In this document: positions 8,506 to 16,109 of the stretch, one piece after another | Layout of the letters: each line of letters starts with the position of its first letter | Position numbering within the stretch: the first letter of the stretch is position 1 | From: an uncultured Alphaproteobacteria bacterium | Lineage (GTDB): Bacteria > Pseudomonadota > Alphaproteobacteria > Dongiales > Dongiaceae | Length of the DNA stretch: 24,000 nucleotides | Assembly: GCA_963757155.1 (NCBI GenBank) | Contig: CAVWQS010000026.1 | Location: forward strand, 23,422 to 47,421 | Reading direction: 5' to 3' | Notes under the pieces: model-generated | Told to the model about the DNA's origin: nothing | What the model saw: the letters and a program-made list of their open reading frames with translations, nothing else | Database searches by the model: none | Program-made: the position numbers and the translations under genes

Positions 8506-9407
8506 TTGTCATGGCTCGCGAGAAACTCGCCGACGACCTTGAGACAATTTTCCGTCTCCTCGACATGGGGCATATGGCTGGAATTCTCGAAGATGGTCCA
8601 GCGCACATCGGGAATGCGGTCCGCATAGGGCTGCACCGTCGCCTTGGTGGCCTCGTCGTAGCGGCCGGAGATCAGCAGGGTCGGCGCCTGGATGCGGTCG
8701 AGCCGGTCGATGATGCTCCAGGGCTTGAGGGTGCCGACGACGTGGAATTCGCTGGGGCCGTTCATGGTGTGATAGACGGTCGGATCCGCCTCGATGGCGG
8801 CGAAGGTGCGCTCGACCTCCGGCGGCCAGGGGACACGGCAGACATGCCGGTCATAGAAGAAGCGAACGGCCTTGGCATACTCGGGCGAGCTGGTGGTGCC
8901 TGCCGTCTCATGGGCCAGCAGGACCGCCTGCACTTCCGGCGGCAGGGCCGCGCGAAGCTCATTGGCAGCCTGGAGCCAGAGCTCCATGGAGGCGGGCGAA
9001 TCGGCGATGACGAGGGCCTTCAGCCCCTTGGGCCGGCGCACCGCATGCTCGGCCGCCAGCATGCCGCCCCAGGACTGGCCGAGAAGATGATAGGCCGAGG
9101 CGATGCCGAGATGGGCCAGGAGATTGTCGAGTTCCTCGAGGAAGAGCGCGGGGGTCCAGAATTCGGCCCCCTTCTCCCTCAGATGGGTCGAGCGGCCGTT
9201 GCCGAGCTGGTCGTAATGCACCACCGCCCGGCCGGCCGAGGCCAGGCCTTTGAAGGAATTGACATAATCATGGGTGCAGCCGGGCCCGCCATGGAGAATG
9301 ACGACGGGGGCAATGGCGCTGCGGAGATCGCCGGTGACGCGATACCAGGTGCGGTAGTCGCGGAAGCTCGCATAGCCTTCGTCAATCATGGCGTTCGAGG
9401 CGCCCAT
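8502..9407 (-). CDS. pip: Proline iminopeptidase / prolyl aminopeptidase (S33), paralog 2
   Basis: 301-aa ORF, collinear with paralog 1 and roughly two-thirds identical by eye. [25 protein letters not shown] and [10 protein letters not shown] are all present. Confidence 0.85.
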   Translation of the reverse strand: MGASNAMIDEGYASFRDYRTWYRVTGDLRSAIAPVVILHGGPGCTHDYVNSFKGLASAGRAVVHYDQLGNGRSTHLREKGAEFWTPALFLEELDNLLAHLGIASAYHLLGQSWGGMLAAEHAVRRPKGLKALVIADSPASMELWLQAANELRAALPPEVQAVLLAHETAGTTSSPEYAKAVRFFYDRHVCRVPWPPEVERTFAAIEADPTVYHTMNGPSEFHVVGTLKPWSIIDRLDRIQAPTLLISGRYDEATKATVQPYADRIPDVRWTIFENSSHMPHVEETENCLKVVGEFLASHDK

Positions 9408-9574
9408 TGTCTTTCCGAATGCCTTCCCCGGGGTCGACGCACAAGCCGTTGTTACGACATTTTGACGGCTAGGCTAGTGACCGTATGCACGGATGTAAAG
9501 TGACGCCGCTGCACTGCACAAAGCTGTGACAAGACGGCGGTGCGGAAGGTAGACCCGGGCACCCGGCCCCCGCT

Positions 9575-9594
9575 ACCTATCAAAAATGAGAGGT
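9575..9594. promoter_or_regulatory. lux-box-like 20-bp dyad ACCTATCAAAAATGAGAGGT in the pip/luxR divergent intergenic region
   Basis: 7 of 10 positions are symmetric (ACCT.TCA....TGA.AGGT). The outer ACCT/AGGT arms and the 20-bp length match the canonical lux-box layout (V. fischeri ACCTGTAGGATCGTACAGGT, from memory). The centre lies about 52 nt upstream of the luxR-family GTG and about 177 nt upstream of the pip ATG at 9407. Confidence 0.35.
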
Positions 9595-9636
9595 TGGTAA
9601 CTTGACCGGGCCGGCCGAATCGCTAGCGTCAGGGGC

Positions 9637-10407
9637 GTGATCCTCGATCTGGCCGCCTTTGCCCAGGATTTGGCCCGGGCCCGCAGCATCCCCGAACGGG
9701 TCGATCTGGCAGCCGCCCGGCTGCTGGAGCTTGGCTTCAATTCCATGTGCTACGACTACACCCCCGTGCCGCTCTCCCATGAGGGGATCGTCATCGCCCC
9801 CAATCTGGTCGAGCCGCGCAATGTGCCCGAGAGCTTCACCCGGCTCTGGCTCGAGAGCGGCTATGCCGCCATCGATCCGGTTCAGGCGCTCGCGGTCCGC
9901 GCCAGCCTGCCCTTCGTCTGGTCCGTGGCGGAGGGCAGCGGCTCGGCCCTGCGGGAGGTGCTGGCGCCGACCCACGCGCCGGTCGTCCATTACCTGCGCG
10001 ACACGAGGATGAGCTGCGGCGTCACGGTGCCGATGCATCTGCCGGGCGGCGAGTTCGCCACCTTCACGGGCGTGCGCATCGATCCCGAGCCGGATTTCGA
10101 GGAAGACGCCGGCCGAAGGATCGGCGATGTCGCCCTTCTGGGCGCCCTGCTCCACGCCAGCATCTATCCGACCCTCGACCGCAAGATGCGGACCTGCCGC
10201 CATGTGCGGCTCACGCGGCGCGAGCGGGAGTGCCTGCAATGGTGCGCCCGCGGGCTGACGACCAAGGAGATCGCCGGCCAGCTATCCCGCTCGGCGGCGA
10301 CGGTGACGCTGCATCTGGAGAACGCCGCCCGCAAGCTCGGCGCCCGCAACCGCGCCCAGGCGGTCGCGCGCGCCGCGCATTATCACGTGCTGGAAGGCGC
10401 CCATTAG
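9637..10407 (+). CDS. LuxR-family transcriptional regulator with an N-terminal autoinducer-binding-type domain and a C-terminal GerE/LuxR HTH ('LuxR solo')
   Basis: 256-aa ORF with a GTG start preceded by AGGGG and an in-frame TAG at 9625. The C-terminal HTH reads LTRRERECLQWCARGLTTKEIAGQLSRSAATVTLHLENAARKLGARNRAQAVARA. The N-terminal segment NVPESFTRLWLESGYAAIDPVQALAVRASLPFVW aligns without gaps to LasR [34 protein letters not shown]. No LuxI/HdtS/LuxM-like synthase is present in the window. Confidence 0.85.
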   Translation: MILDLAAFAQDLARARSIPERVDLAAARLLELGFNSMCYDYTPVPLSHEGIVIAPNLVEPRNVPESFTRLWLESGYAAIDPVQALAVRASLPFVWSVAEGSGSALREVLAPTHAPVVHYLRDTRMSCGVTVPMHLPGGEFATFTGVRIDPEPDFEEDAGRRIGDVALLGALLHASIYPTLDRKMRTCRHVRLTRRERECLQWCARGLTTKEIAGQLSRSAATVTLHLENAARKLGARNRAQAVARAAHYHVLEGAH

Positions 10408-10435
10408 CACCCTTGCCGCTCGCCCCTGGACCCCT

Positions 10436-10470
10436 CCCCGGACTTGATCCGGGGATCACGCCGGGGTGAC
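10436..10470. repeat. REP-like hairpins between convergent genes (possible bidirectional terminator)
   Basis: CCCCGGA (10436..10442), a CTTGA loop and TCCGGGG (10448..10454), followed by TCAC-GCCGGG-GTGA. They lie between the luxR-family stop (10407) and the lipoprotein stop (10492). No U-tract is present. Confidence 0.4.
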
Positions 10471-10491
10471 GGAATGTAAGGGGAGCCCGGC

Positions 10492-10986
10492 TTAGCCGAC
10501 GCCGGCCACCCATCCCTGCGGGCTCTTGCAGAGCTTGACCGTGTCTTCGGTCATCTTGCCGTTCTGGACCGCCGTCTCGCGGACGAAGCGGCAGGTCTTG
10601 CCCGTGCTGTCGGTGAAGAGCGCGCCGACCGCCGTCGCCGTGCCCGAGGCCTCGGTCTGGAAGATGGCATTGGTCTTGCGCCAGGTGATGGTGGTGCCGG
10701 TGCTGGCTTCGGCGGCGCGTGCCGCGGCCTGGCCGGCGGCGGTATCGGCATCGCCGTCCAGCGCATTGGACATGCGGTTGCCGATGAGCCCGCCGGCGGC
10801 CATGCCGATGAGGACGCCGGCCGGGCTGCCGGAGATGGCATAGCCGATGAGCCCGCCGCCCGCCGCCCCCAGGCCGGTGCCGGCGGTCTCGCCCGAGCTC
10901 ATCTCGCCGACGCCGCCGGAGGAATTGCAGGCCGAGAGAGCCAGGCAAGCCGACAGCGCCAGAACGCCAAGCGTTTTACACGTCAT
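10492..10986 (-). CDS. Outer-membrane lipoprotein with a glycine-zipper region (17-kDa surface antigen-like)
   Basis: I trimmed the track ORF (10492..11085) to the ATG at 10986. That gives MTCKTLGVLALSACLALSAC with a lipobox (LSAC) and GGGGGA as RBS. The Gly-zipper stretch is GLGAAGGGLIGYAISGSPAGVLIGMAAGGLIG. The C-terminal beta-rich domain contains two Cys. Confidence 0.7.
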   Translation of the reverse strand: MTCKTLGVLALSACLALSACNSSGGVGEMSSGETAGTGLGAAGGGLIGYAISGSPAGVLIGMAAGGLIGNRMSNALDGDADTAAGQAAARAAEASTGTTITWRKTNAIFQTEASGTATAVGALFTDSTGKTCRFVRETAVQNGKMTEDTVKLCKSPQGWVAGVG

Positions 10987-11175
10987 GGTGGATTCCCCCG
11001 ATTCGCGAACCAGCCTAGGCTCGACGGTTTTCCGGAGAATTTCAAGTATCTTCCCCCCTCCCACTCTGTCCCCGACGGCCATCATTTCTTCATCGAACCG
11101 TAAAGGGAGCGGAACGCCTTGCTGTCATCCTCCAAGGGATGCGGCTGCGGCCGCGCCTTTCCCGCGGAGGATCCG

Positions 11176-12426
11176 ATGAGGCGAGAGCTGGCCCTGATTG
11201 CCGCCGTGCTGGCGGTCGCGACCCCCATGGCAGTTCGTCATGCCGCTGCCATCGAGCCAATGGGCGCCGGCGAGTTTAACGTCAAGGCCAAGGTCGACCT
11301 GAAATCCCTCGATCGCGCCGATTTCATCGCGCTGCTCGACTCCGCCGCTCAGAGCGAAGGTGGCAGCGAGCTGGTCTTCTATGATTTCGCCGATACCCTC
11401 TGCGACCTGCTGGCCAAGGAATCCCAGAGCTTCACCGCCAAGAGCGGGATCAAGGTCAAGCATGTCTGCGTCGATGGCGACACGGCCTCCCAGCAGCTCA
11501 TCGCGGCGCAAGCTTCCGGCAGCAGGCCGCCGGCGGATGTCTTCTTCGGGCCGAACAACGACATGCGGGCGCTGACCAAGGCGGGGGTCGTGGCGAACCT
11601 GCCGCTGGTTGCCGTGGTGCCGGAGGCGAAGGATCTGGACAAGGAGGCGGCGCTGCGCTCCCGCGGCTTCGAGCATGGCGGAACGGTCCTGCCCTTCCAT
11701 CGCAACCAGACGGTCATCGCCTATGACTCTGCCAAGATCGCAGAGCCGCCCTCGGGGCTCGTGGAGATCTTCGACTATGCGAAGGCCCATGACTTGAAGG
11801 TCGCGGTCACCAATCCCACCAAGGGCGGCAGCGGCTCCGGCTTCGTGGAGAGCGCGCTGCTCGCCCTCGCCCCGGAATGCCAGAAGGATCTCTACGACTT
11901 CACCCTGTCGGAGGCGCAGGCCAAGGCCGTGGCGGAGCGCTGCATGCCGAAAATCGTCGGCTTCTTCAAGGAGCGCCAGGGGCTGATCGATTTTACCAAT
12001 GGCAATGAGAACTCGATCCAGGAGATCGCCAATGGCGTGGTGGGCTTCGCCACCGTCTGGGAGGACGATCTCTACACCCTGGCGGCCAAGGGCATGGTGC
12101 CGAAGACGGTGAAGCCGATGCTGCTGGCGAGCGGCGAGGTCGGCGATGGCGACGGCCTCTTCGTGCTGTCCTCCACCGACAAGGTCGAGGCCGCGCTTCT
12201 CTATGTGAATTTCCTGATGGGCGATCAGGTCCAGATCGACAAGCTGGAACAGACCGGCAGCCGCACGGCCCGCCTCGACCTGCAGACCGCCGGCAAGATT
12301 CCCGACCGCCTCGCCGTATATCTCGTGCCCGACCAGCTTTATCACGAGCGCACCCGGCCCCGGATCAACGGCCTCATCAGCGACGCGGCGGCGGACATCT
12401 TCGTGGCCCAGGTGCTCGCTCAATAG
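11176..12426 (+). CDS. ABC transporter periplasmic substrate-binding protein (family 1, PotD/Fbp-like)
   Basis: I trimmed the track ORF to the ATG at 11176, which is preceded by GGAGGA. The signal peptide is MRRELALIAAVLAVATPMAVRHAAA. It is a ~390-aa mature soluble protein and the first gene of an ABC operon. Confidence 0.75.
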   Translation: MRRELALIAAVLAVATPMAVRHAAAIEPMGAGEFNVKAKVDLKSLDRADFIALLDSAAQSEGGSELVFYDFADTLCDLLAKESQSFTAKSGIKVKHVCVDGDTASQQLIAAQASGSRPPADVFFGPNNDMRALTKAGVVANLPLVAVVPEAKDLDKEAALRSRGFEHGGTVLPFHRNQTVIAYDSAKIAEPPSGLVEIFDYAKAHDLKVAVTNPTKGGSGSGFVESALLALAPECQKDLYDFTLSEAQAKAVAERCMPKIVGFFKERQGLIDFTNGNENSIQEIANGVVGFATVWEDDLYTLAAKGMVPKTVKPMLLASGEVGDGDGLFVLSSTDKVEAALLYVNFLMGDQVQIDKLEQTGSRTARLDLQTAGKIPDRLAVYLVPDQLYHERTRPRINGLISDAAADIFVAQVLAQ

Positions 12427-12448
12427 GCCGAAAACGGAGGCCCGCACC

Positions 12449-13498
12449 TTGCTCTCCCTGCGGGGGGTCGCCAAGAGCTTCGGCGAGACGGCGGCGGTCG
12501 AGGATGTCGATCTGGAAGTGGCGGCCGGCGAGTTCCTGACCCTGCTCGGTCCCTCGGGCTGCGGCAAATCGACCCTTCTCAGGATCGTCGCCGGGCTGGT
12601 CGAGGCCGACCGGGGCCAGGTGCGGCTCGACGGCGAGGAGATCCAGGAACTGCCGGCCCATCGCCGGCGCACGGCGATGGTCTTCCAGAGTTATGCCTTG
12701 TTTCCGCATATGACGGTCGAGCGCAATACCGCCTTCGGGCTGGTGATGCGCGGCGTCGAGCGATCCCGGATCGAGCGCCGGGTGGCCGAGACGCTCGCCC
12801 TGGTGGAGCTTGACGGCCTCGGCCGGCGCTATCCGCGCGAGCTCTCCGGCGGCCAGCAGCAGCGCGTCGCCCTCGCTCGCGCGCTGGTGACCGAGCCCCG
12901 CGTGCTGCTGCTCGACGAGCCGCTCTCCAATCTCGACGCTAAGCTGCGCGACCGGCTGCGCATCGAGCTCCGCGCCCTGCAGCGGCGCCTCGGCCTCACC
13001 ACCGTTTTCGTCACTCATGACCAGGCGGAAGCCATGGCGCTCTCCGACCGCATCGCCGTCATGTCCAAGGGGCGGCTGATCGAGACGGGCACGCCGGAGG
13101 AGATCTACAGCCGGCCGCAGAGCCGCTTTGCCGCCGAATTCGTCGGAATCGCCAATCTGCTCTCCGGGACGCTGAGCGACGACGGCCGGCATCGGTTCGT
13201 CGACACGGCGCTGGGTCGCTTCGCGGCATTGGGCGATGCCGGGCGCGCGGGGCCGGGTGCTTCGATCTGCCTGCGGCCGGAGGATATCGGCCTGTCCCTC
13301 GAGGGTCCCGGACCCTACGGGAAGCTGACCCATGTCACCTATGCCGGCCCGTTCCAGGATTGCATCGTCGAGATGGAGCAAGGCGGGCTTCGGCTGCGCG
13401 CGCATGTCCCGGTGCGGCCCTGGCATATCGGAGAAAGGGTGGCCGTGCGGCTGCCGGAGCGGGCCGCGGTGCTTGCCGGCGATTCGGATCGCGCGTGA
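12449..13498 (+). CDS. ABC transporter ATP-binding protein (PotA/FbpC-like, with a C-terminal TOBE-type domain)
   Basis: 349-aa ORF with a TTG start preceded by GGAGG. Walker A GPSGCGKST, Q-loop VFQSYALFPHM, signature LSGGQQQR and Walker B LLLDEPLSNLD. Confidence 0.9.
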   Translation: MLSLRGVAKSFGETAAVEDVDLEVAAGEFLTLLGPSGCGKSTLLRIVAGLVEADRGQVRLDGEEIQELPAHRRRTAMVFQSYALFPHMTVERNTAFGLVMRGVERSRIERRVAETLALVELDGLGRRYPRELSGGQQQRVALARALVTEPRVLLLDEPLSNLDAKLRDRLRIELRALQRRLGLTTVFVTHDQAEAMALSDRIAVMSKGRLIETGTPEEIYSRPQSRFAAEFVGIANLLSGTLSDDGRHRFVDTALGRFAALGDAGRAGPGASICLRPEDIGLSLEGPGPYGKLTHVTYAGPFQDCIVEMEQGGLRLRAHVPVRPWHIGERVAVRLPERAAVLAGDSDRA

Positions 13499-14415
13499 GC
13501 ACGCTCATCGCCGCGCCCACCCGGCTTGCGGCTCCCACAGGGGAGATCCGGCGAGGCGTCAGCCGCCGCCGGCGCCGGCGCGTCGAGACCCTCCTGCTGC
13601 TTCTGCCGGGGGCGGGATTCATTGCGGTCGCCATGGTCGCCCCATTGCTGCAGCTCGCCCTTGGCAGCGTCGGACTGACGGGGCTGGGCAGCGAGCGGCG
13701 CTTCAGCCTCACCGCCTTCCAGGCGGTGCTCGGCAATCCGATGATGCGCGACGCCCTCTGGTTCAGCCTGCGCATCGCCGCGATCACCACGGTGCTGGGC
13801 GTCGTCTCGGCGCTCGGCCTCGTGGCCTTGCTGACCCTGCGCTTCCCCGGCCGCCGTCTCGTCATGCTGCTCTCCAAGCTGCCGCTGGTGGTGCCCAGCC
13901 TGATCGCCGCCTTCCTGGTCCTCACCATGATCGGCCCCGGCGGCATGGGCGCGCGGCTGGCGGCCCAGCTCGGCCTCGGCTGGCCTCAGCTCGTCCATGA
14001 TCGGGCGGGCATCGGGATCACCCTGGTGCTGCTCTGGCATCAAATTCCCGTGACTTTGCTGATCCTCCTGGCGGTGGTGGGCTCCATTCCCCTCGACCTC
14101 ATCGATGCGGCGCGCAATCTGGGGGCGACGGCCCCCCGCGTCTTCCGCCATGTCATTCTGCCTTTGGCGCTGCCTGGCATCTCCGCCGCCGCCCTTCTCG
14201 TCTTCATCGATTGCTTCGGCGCCTATGCGGTGCCCTCGCTGCTCGGCCCCGCCTATCCTCAGGCCCTGCCGGTGATGATGACGAGCGAGTTCCTGGAGCG
14301 GGCGCATTGGCAGATCGCCTCGGCCATCGGGGTGGTGATGACCCTCACCACCATCGCCGTGATGGTCCTCTATCACCGGCTGATCGCCCGTGCCGATCGG
14401 ACGCCTTCCCGATGA
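13495..14415 (+). CDS. ABC transporter permease (PotB-like)
   Basis: I trimmed the track ORF 13360..14415 to the GTG at 13495, which overlaps the ATPase stop (GTGA). It is multi-span and hydrophobic. The EAA-type loop reads DLIDAARNLGATAPRVFRHVILPLALPG. Confidence 0.8.
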   Translation: MSTLIAAPTRLAAPTGEIRRGVSRRRRRRVETLLLLLPGAGFIAVAMVAPLLQLALGSVGLTGLGSERRFSLTAFQAVLGNPMMRDALWFSLRIAAITTVLGVVSALGLVALLTLRFPGRRLVMLLSKLPLVVPSLIAAFLVLTMIGPGGMGARLAAQLGLGWPQLVHDRAGIGITLVLLWHQIPVTLLILLAVVGSIPLDLIDAARNLGATAPRVFRHVILPLALPGISAAALLVFIDCFGAYAVPSLLGPAYPQALPVMMTSEFLERAHWQIASAIGVVMTLTTIAVMVLYHRLIARADRTPSR

Positions 14416-15257
14416 CGCCGATCTGGGGCCTGCGCCATCCTTTGCTGCGCTGGTGCCTGGGCTTCACCGTGCTGAGCGTCGCCGGCCTCGTCTTCCTGCT
14501 TCCCATCGCCACGGCGGTGCTCTGGTCGCTGGTCGATCCGGAGACCGGCTGGTTCCCGCCTCATGTCTTTCCGGCGAGCCTGTCGCTCGCCAATTGGCGC
14601 GACATGCTGGCGGTGCCGGAGCTGGGCCAGGCGCTGGGCCGCAGCCTGCTCATCGCGGCTATCGTTACTGTGCTTTGCACCGGCCTCGGCTTGCCGACGG
14701 GCTATGCCCTGGGCCGTCGGCGCTTTCGCGGCCGGCGCGCCATCGAGGTCCTGGTGCTGACGCCGCTGATGATGCCGGGGATCGTGCTCGCCATCGGCCT
14801 TGGCGGGCTGTTCATGCGTCTCGGCCTGGGCCAGACCCTCGCCGGGGTCGTGCTGGTGCAGACCGTGGTGGTGCTCCCGCTCACCATCCGCATCATCGCC
14901 GCCACGGCGCAATCAATTCCGGCCGATGTCATCGATGCCGCCACCAATCTCGGCGCCGGACCCGGGGCGCTGGCGCAGCACATCCTGGCGCCTCTGCTGC
15001 TGCCGGGCCTGCTGGCGGGGGCGCTGCTCAGCTTCATCGCCAGCCTGGAGGAATTCCTGCTCTCCTTCGTGGTCGGCATGCCGACGGTCCAGACCCTGCC
15101 CATGCTGCTCTGGGCCTATCTCGGCGGGCGCTCGGCGATCCTCAGCTATGCCGCGGTCGTCACCGTGGCACTGCTGATCCCGACCCTGCTCGTCCTCGTC
15201 GTCGTCGAGCGGTTTCTAAAGCAGGAATATCTCGCGGCCGGCTTCGGCAAGGCCTAA
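14412..15257 (+). CDS. ABC transporter permease (PotC-like)
   Basis: I trimmed the track ORF 14211..15257 to the ATG at 14412, which overlaps the upstream stop (ATGA). The EAA-type loop reads DVIDAATNLGAGPGALAQHILAPLLLPG. Confidence 0.8.
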   Translation: MTPIWGLRHPLLRWCLGFTVLSVAGLVFLLPIATAVLWSLVDPETGWFPPHVFPASLSLANWRDMLAVPELGQALGRSLLIAAIVTVLCTGLGLPTGYALGRRRFRGRRAIEVLVLTPLMMPGIVLAIGLGGLFMRLGLGQTLAGVVLVQTVVVLPLTIRIIAATAQSIPADVIDAATNLGAGPGALAQHILAPLLLPGLLAGALLSFIASLEEFLLSFVVGMPTVQTLPMLLWAYLGGRSAILSYAAVVTVALLIPTLLVLVVVERFLKQEYLAAGFGKA

Positions 15258-15286
15258 CCCCGGAAAGAAGAAAGATGAGGAACAAC

Positions 15287-16057
15287 ATGAAGCTGCTCGT
15301 CGAGCCGAACCATCCGCCCTTCACCTCGGCCCATCGCGGCTTTTCCACGGCCGCACCGGAAAACACCATGTCGGCGCTGCACGCGGCATGGAAGACCGGT
15401 GCCACCGTCGCCGAAATCGACGTGCGCCTCAGCCGCAACGGCGAGCTCGTGCTGATGCATGACCGCGATCTCAAACGGACGACCGACGGCCGCGGCCTCC
15501 TTGCCGACAAGAGCTGGGAGGAGCTTCGCCGGCTCGACGCCGGAAGCTGGTTCGACGAGAGCTTCGCCGGCGAGCGCATCCCCAGCCTCGAGGAGGTCCT
15601 GCTCTGGGCCAAGGACAAGATCGGGCTGCTGGTCGAGCTGAAGAATTTTCCCGAGCGCGATCCGCGCTTCATCGACCGTCTGCTGGCGCTCTTCCACCGG
15701 CTCGACGCCGCGGAGGGCGCGATCCTCGCCAGCTTCGACCATCCGACCCTGGCGGAGATCCATCGCCGCGAGCCCGAATGGCCGATCCAGATGATCTACC
15801 ACGCGCGCCTCACCGATCCCGTTGGGGCGGCGCGGGCCTGCGGCGCCGGCTTCGTTTCCCTCGAGCCGGAATTCTGCGTGCCGGAGGATGTGGCCGCCTT
15901 ACACGAGGCCGGCATCGCCGTGCTCACCACCGTGCGTTCGCTGGAGGATGCGCGCGCCTTCCATGCCATGGGCGTCGATTTCATCGAGGCCAATGACGCC
16001 GGCATGCTGGCGATGTCCGTGGAGGAAATCGCGAAGGCGCTGTCGGTGGCGGTATAG
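15287..16057 (+). CDS. Glycerophosphodiester phosphodiesterase (GDPD) family protein, cytoplasmic
   Basis: Only the 3' part of track ORF 14390..16057 is real. The start is the ATG at 15287 (GAGGA lies 5 nt upstream) or the ATG at 15275. The sequence SAHRGFSTAAPENTMSALHAAWKTGATVAEIDVRLSRNGELVLMHDRDLKRTTDG...IPSLEEVL...LVELK carries the GDPD HR...E.D...H.D catalytic pattern. No signal peptide. Confidence 0.85.
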   Translation: MKLLVEPNHPPFTSAHRGFSTAAPENTMSALHAAWKTGATVAEIDVRLSRNGELVLMHDRDLKRTTDGRGLLADKSWEELRRLDAGSWFDESFAGERIPSLEEVLLWAKDKIGLLVELKNFPERDPRFIDRLLALFHRLDAAEGAILASFDHPTLAEIHRREPEWPIQMIYHARLTDPVGAARACGAGFVSLEPEFCVPEDVAALHEAGIAVLTTVRSLEDARAFHAMGVDFIEANDAGMLAMSVEEIAKALSVAV

Positions 16058-16081
16058 CGCCGACTCCACAATTCTCCTCTT

Positions 16082-16109
16082 CGTCATTCCCGCGAAAGCG
16101 GGAATGACG
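16082..16109. terminator. Perfect 12-bp REP-type hairpin between convergent genes (putative bidirectional terminator or REP element)
   Basis: CGTCATTCCCGC (16082..16093), a GAAA loop and GCGGGAATGACG (16098..16109). A partial third copy, CGGGAATGACGA, lies at 16115..16126. The hairpin sits between the GDPD stop (16057) and the pqiC stop (16136). No U-tract is present. Confidence 0.5.

Noticed and set aside
6628-8628. 666-aa plus-strand ORF
   Set aside because: It lies antisense to the binding-protein gene and pip paralog 1. Its composition is G/A/R/L/D-rich and it has no motifs. The opposite strand has clear family matches.
9461-9488. Sigma-70-like TTGACG-N16-TATGCA on the plus strand upstream of the luxR-family gene
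   Set aside because: The hexamers and spacing are plausible, but it is one of several weak matches in this AT-richer spacer. It would imply a ~145-nt leader, and I cannot support it without TSS data, so it is not reported as a feature.
8445-9503. 352-aa plus-strand ORF
   Set aside because: It lies antisense to pip paralog 2 and resembles the antisense ORF over paralog 1 only because the sense genes are paralogous. Shadow ORF.
9580-10239. 219-aa minus-strand ORF over the luxR-family gene, together with the 10211..10948 minus-strand ORF
   Set aside because: One lies antisense to a clearly recognisable LuxR regulator and the other is out of frame with a clearly recognisable lipoprotein. Shadow-ORF composition.
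11111-11135. ECF-sigma-like GGAAC-N15-TCCAA upstream of the ABC binding-protein gene
   Set aside because: The spacer does not fit the sigma-E type (GGAACTT-N16-TCNAA) or the alphaproteobacterial EcfG type (GGAAC-N16/17-CGTT). It is probably a chance match.
11125-12672. 515-aa minus-strand ORF
   Set aside because: It lies antisense to the ABC substrate-binding gene and to the start of the ATPase gene. It is low-complexity and R/G/A/L-rich. The plus strand has a signal peptide, an RBS and operon context.
14390-15286. 5' two-thirds of the 555-aa ORF 14390..16057
   Set aside because: It is an out-of-frame overlap of the PotC-like permease gene and is P/R/A/G-rich. Only the part from the ATG at 15275 or 15287, which has its own RBS, matches the GDPD family.
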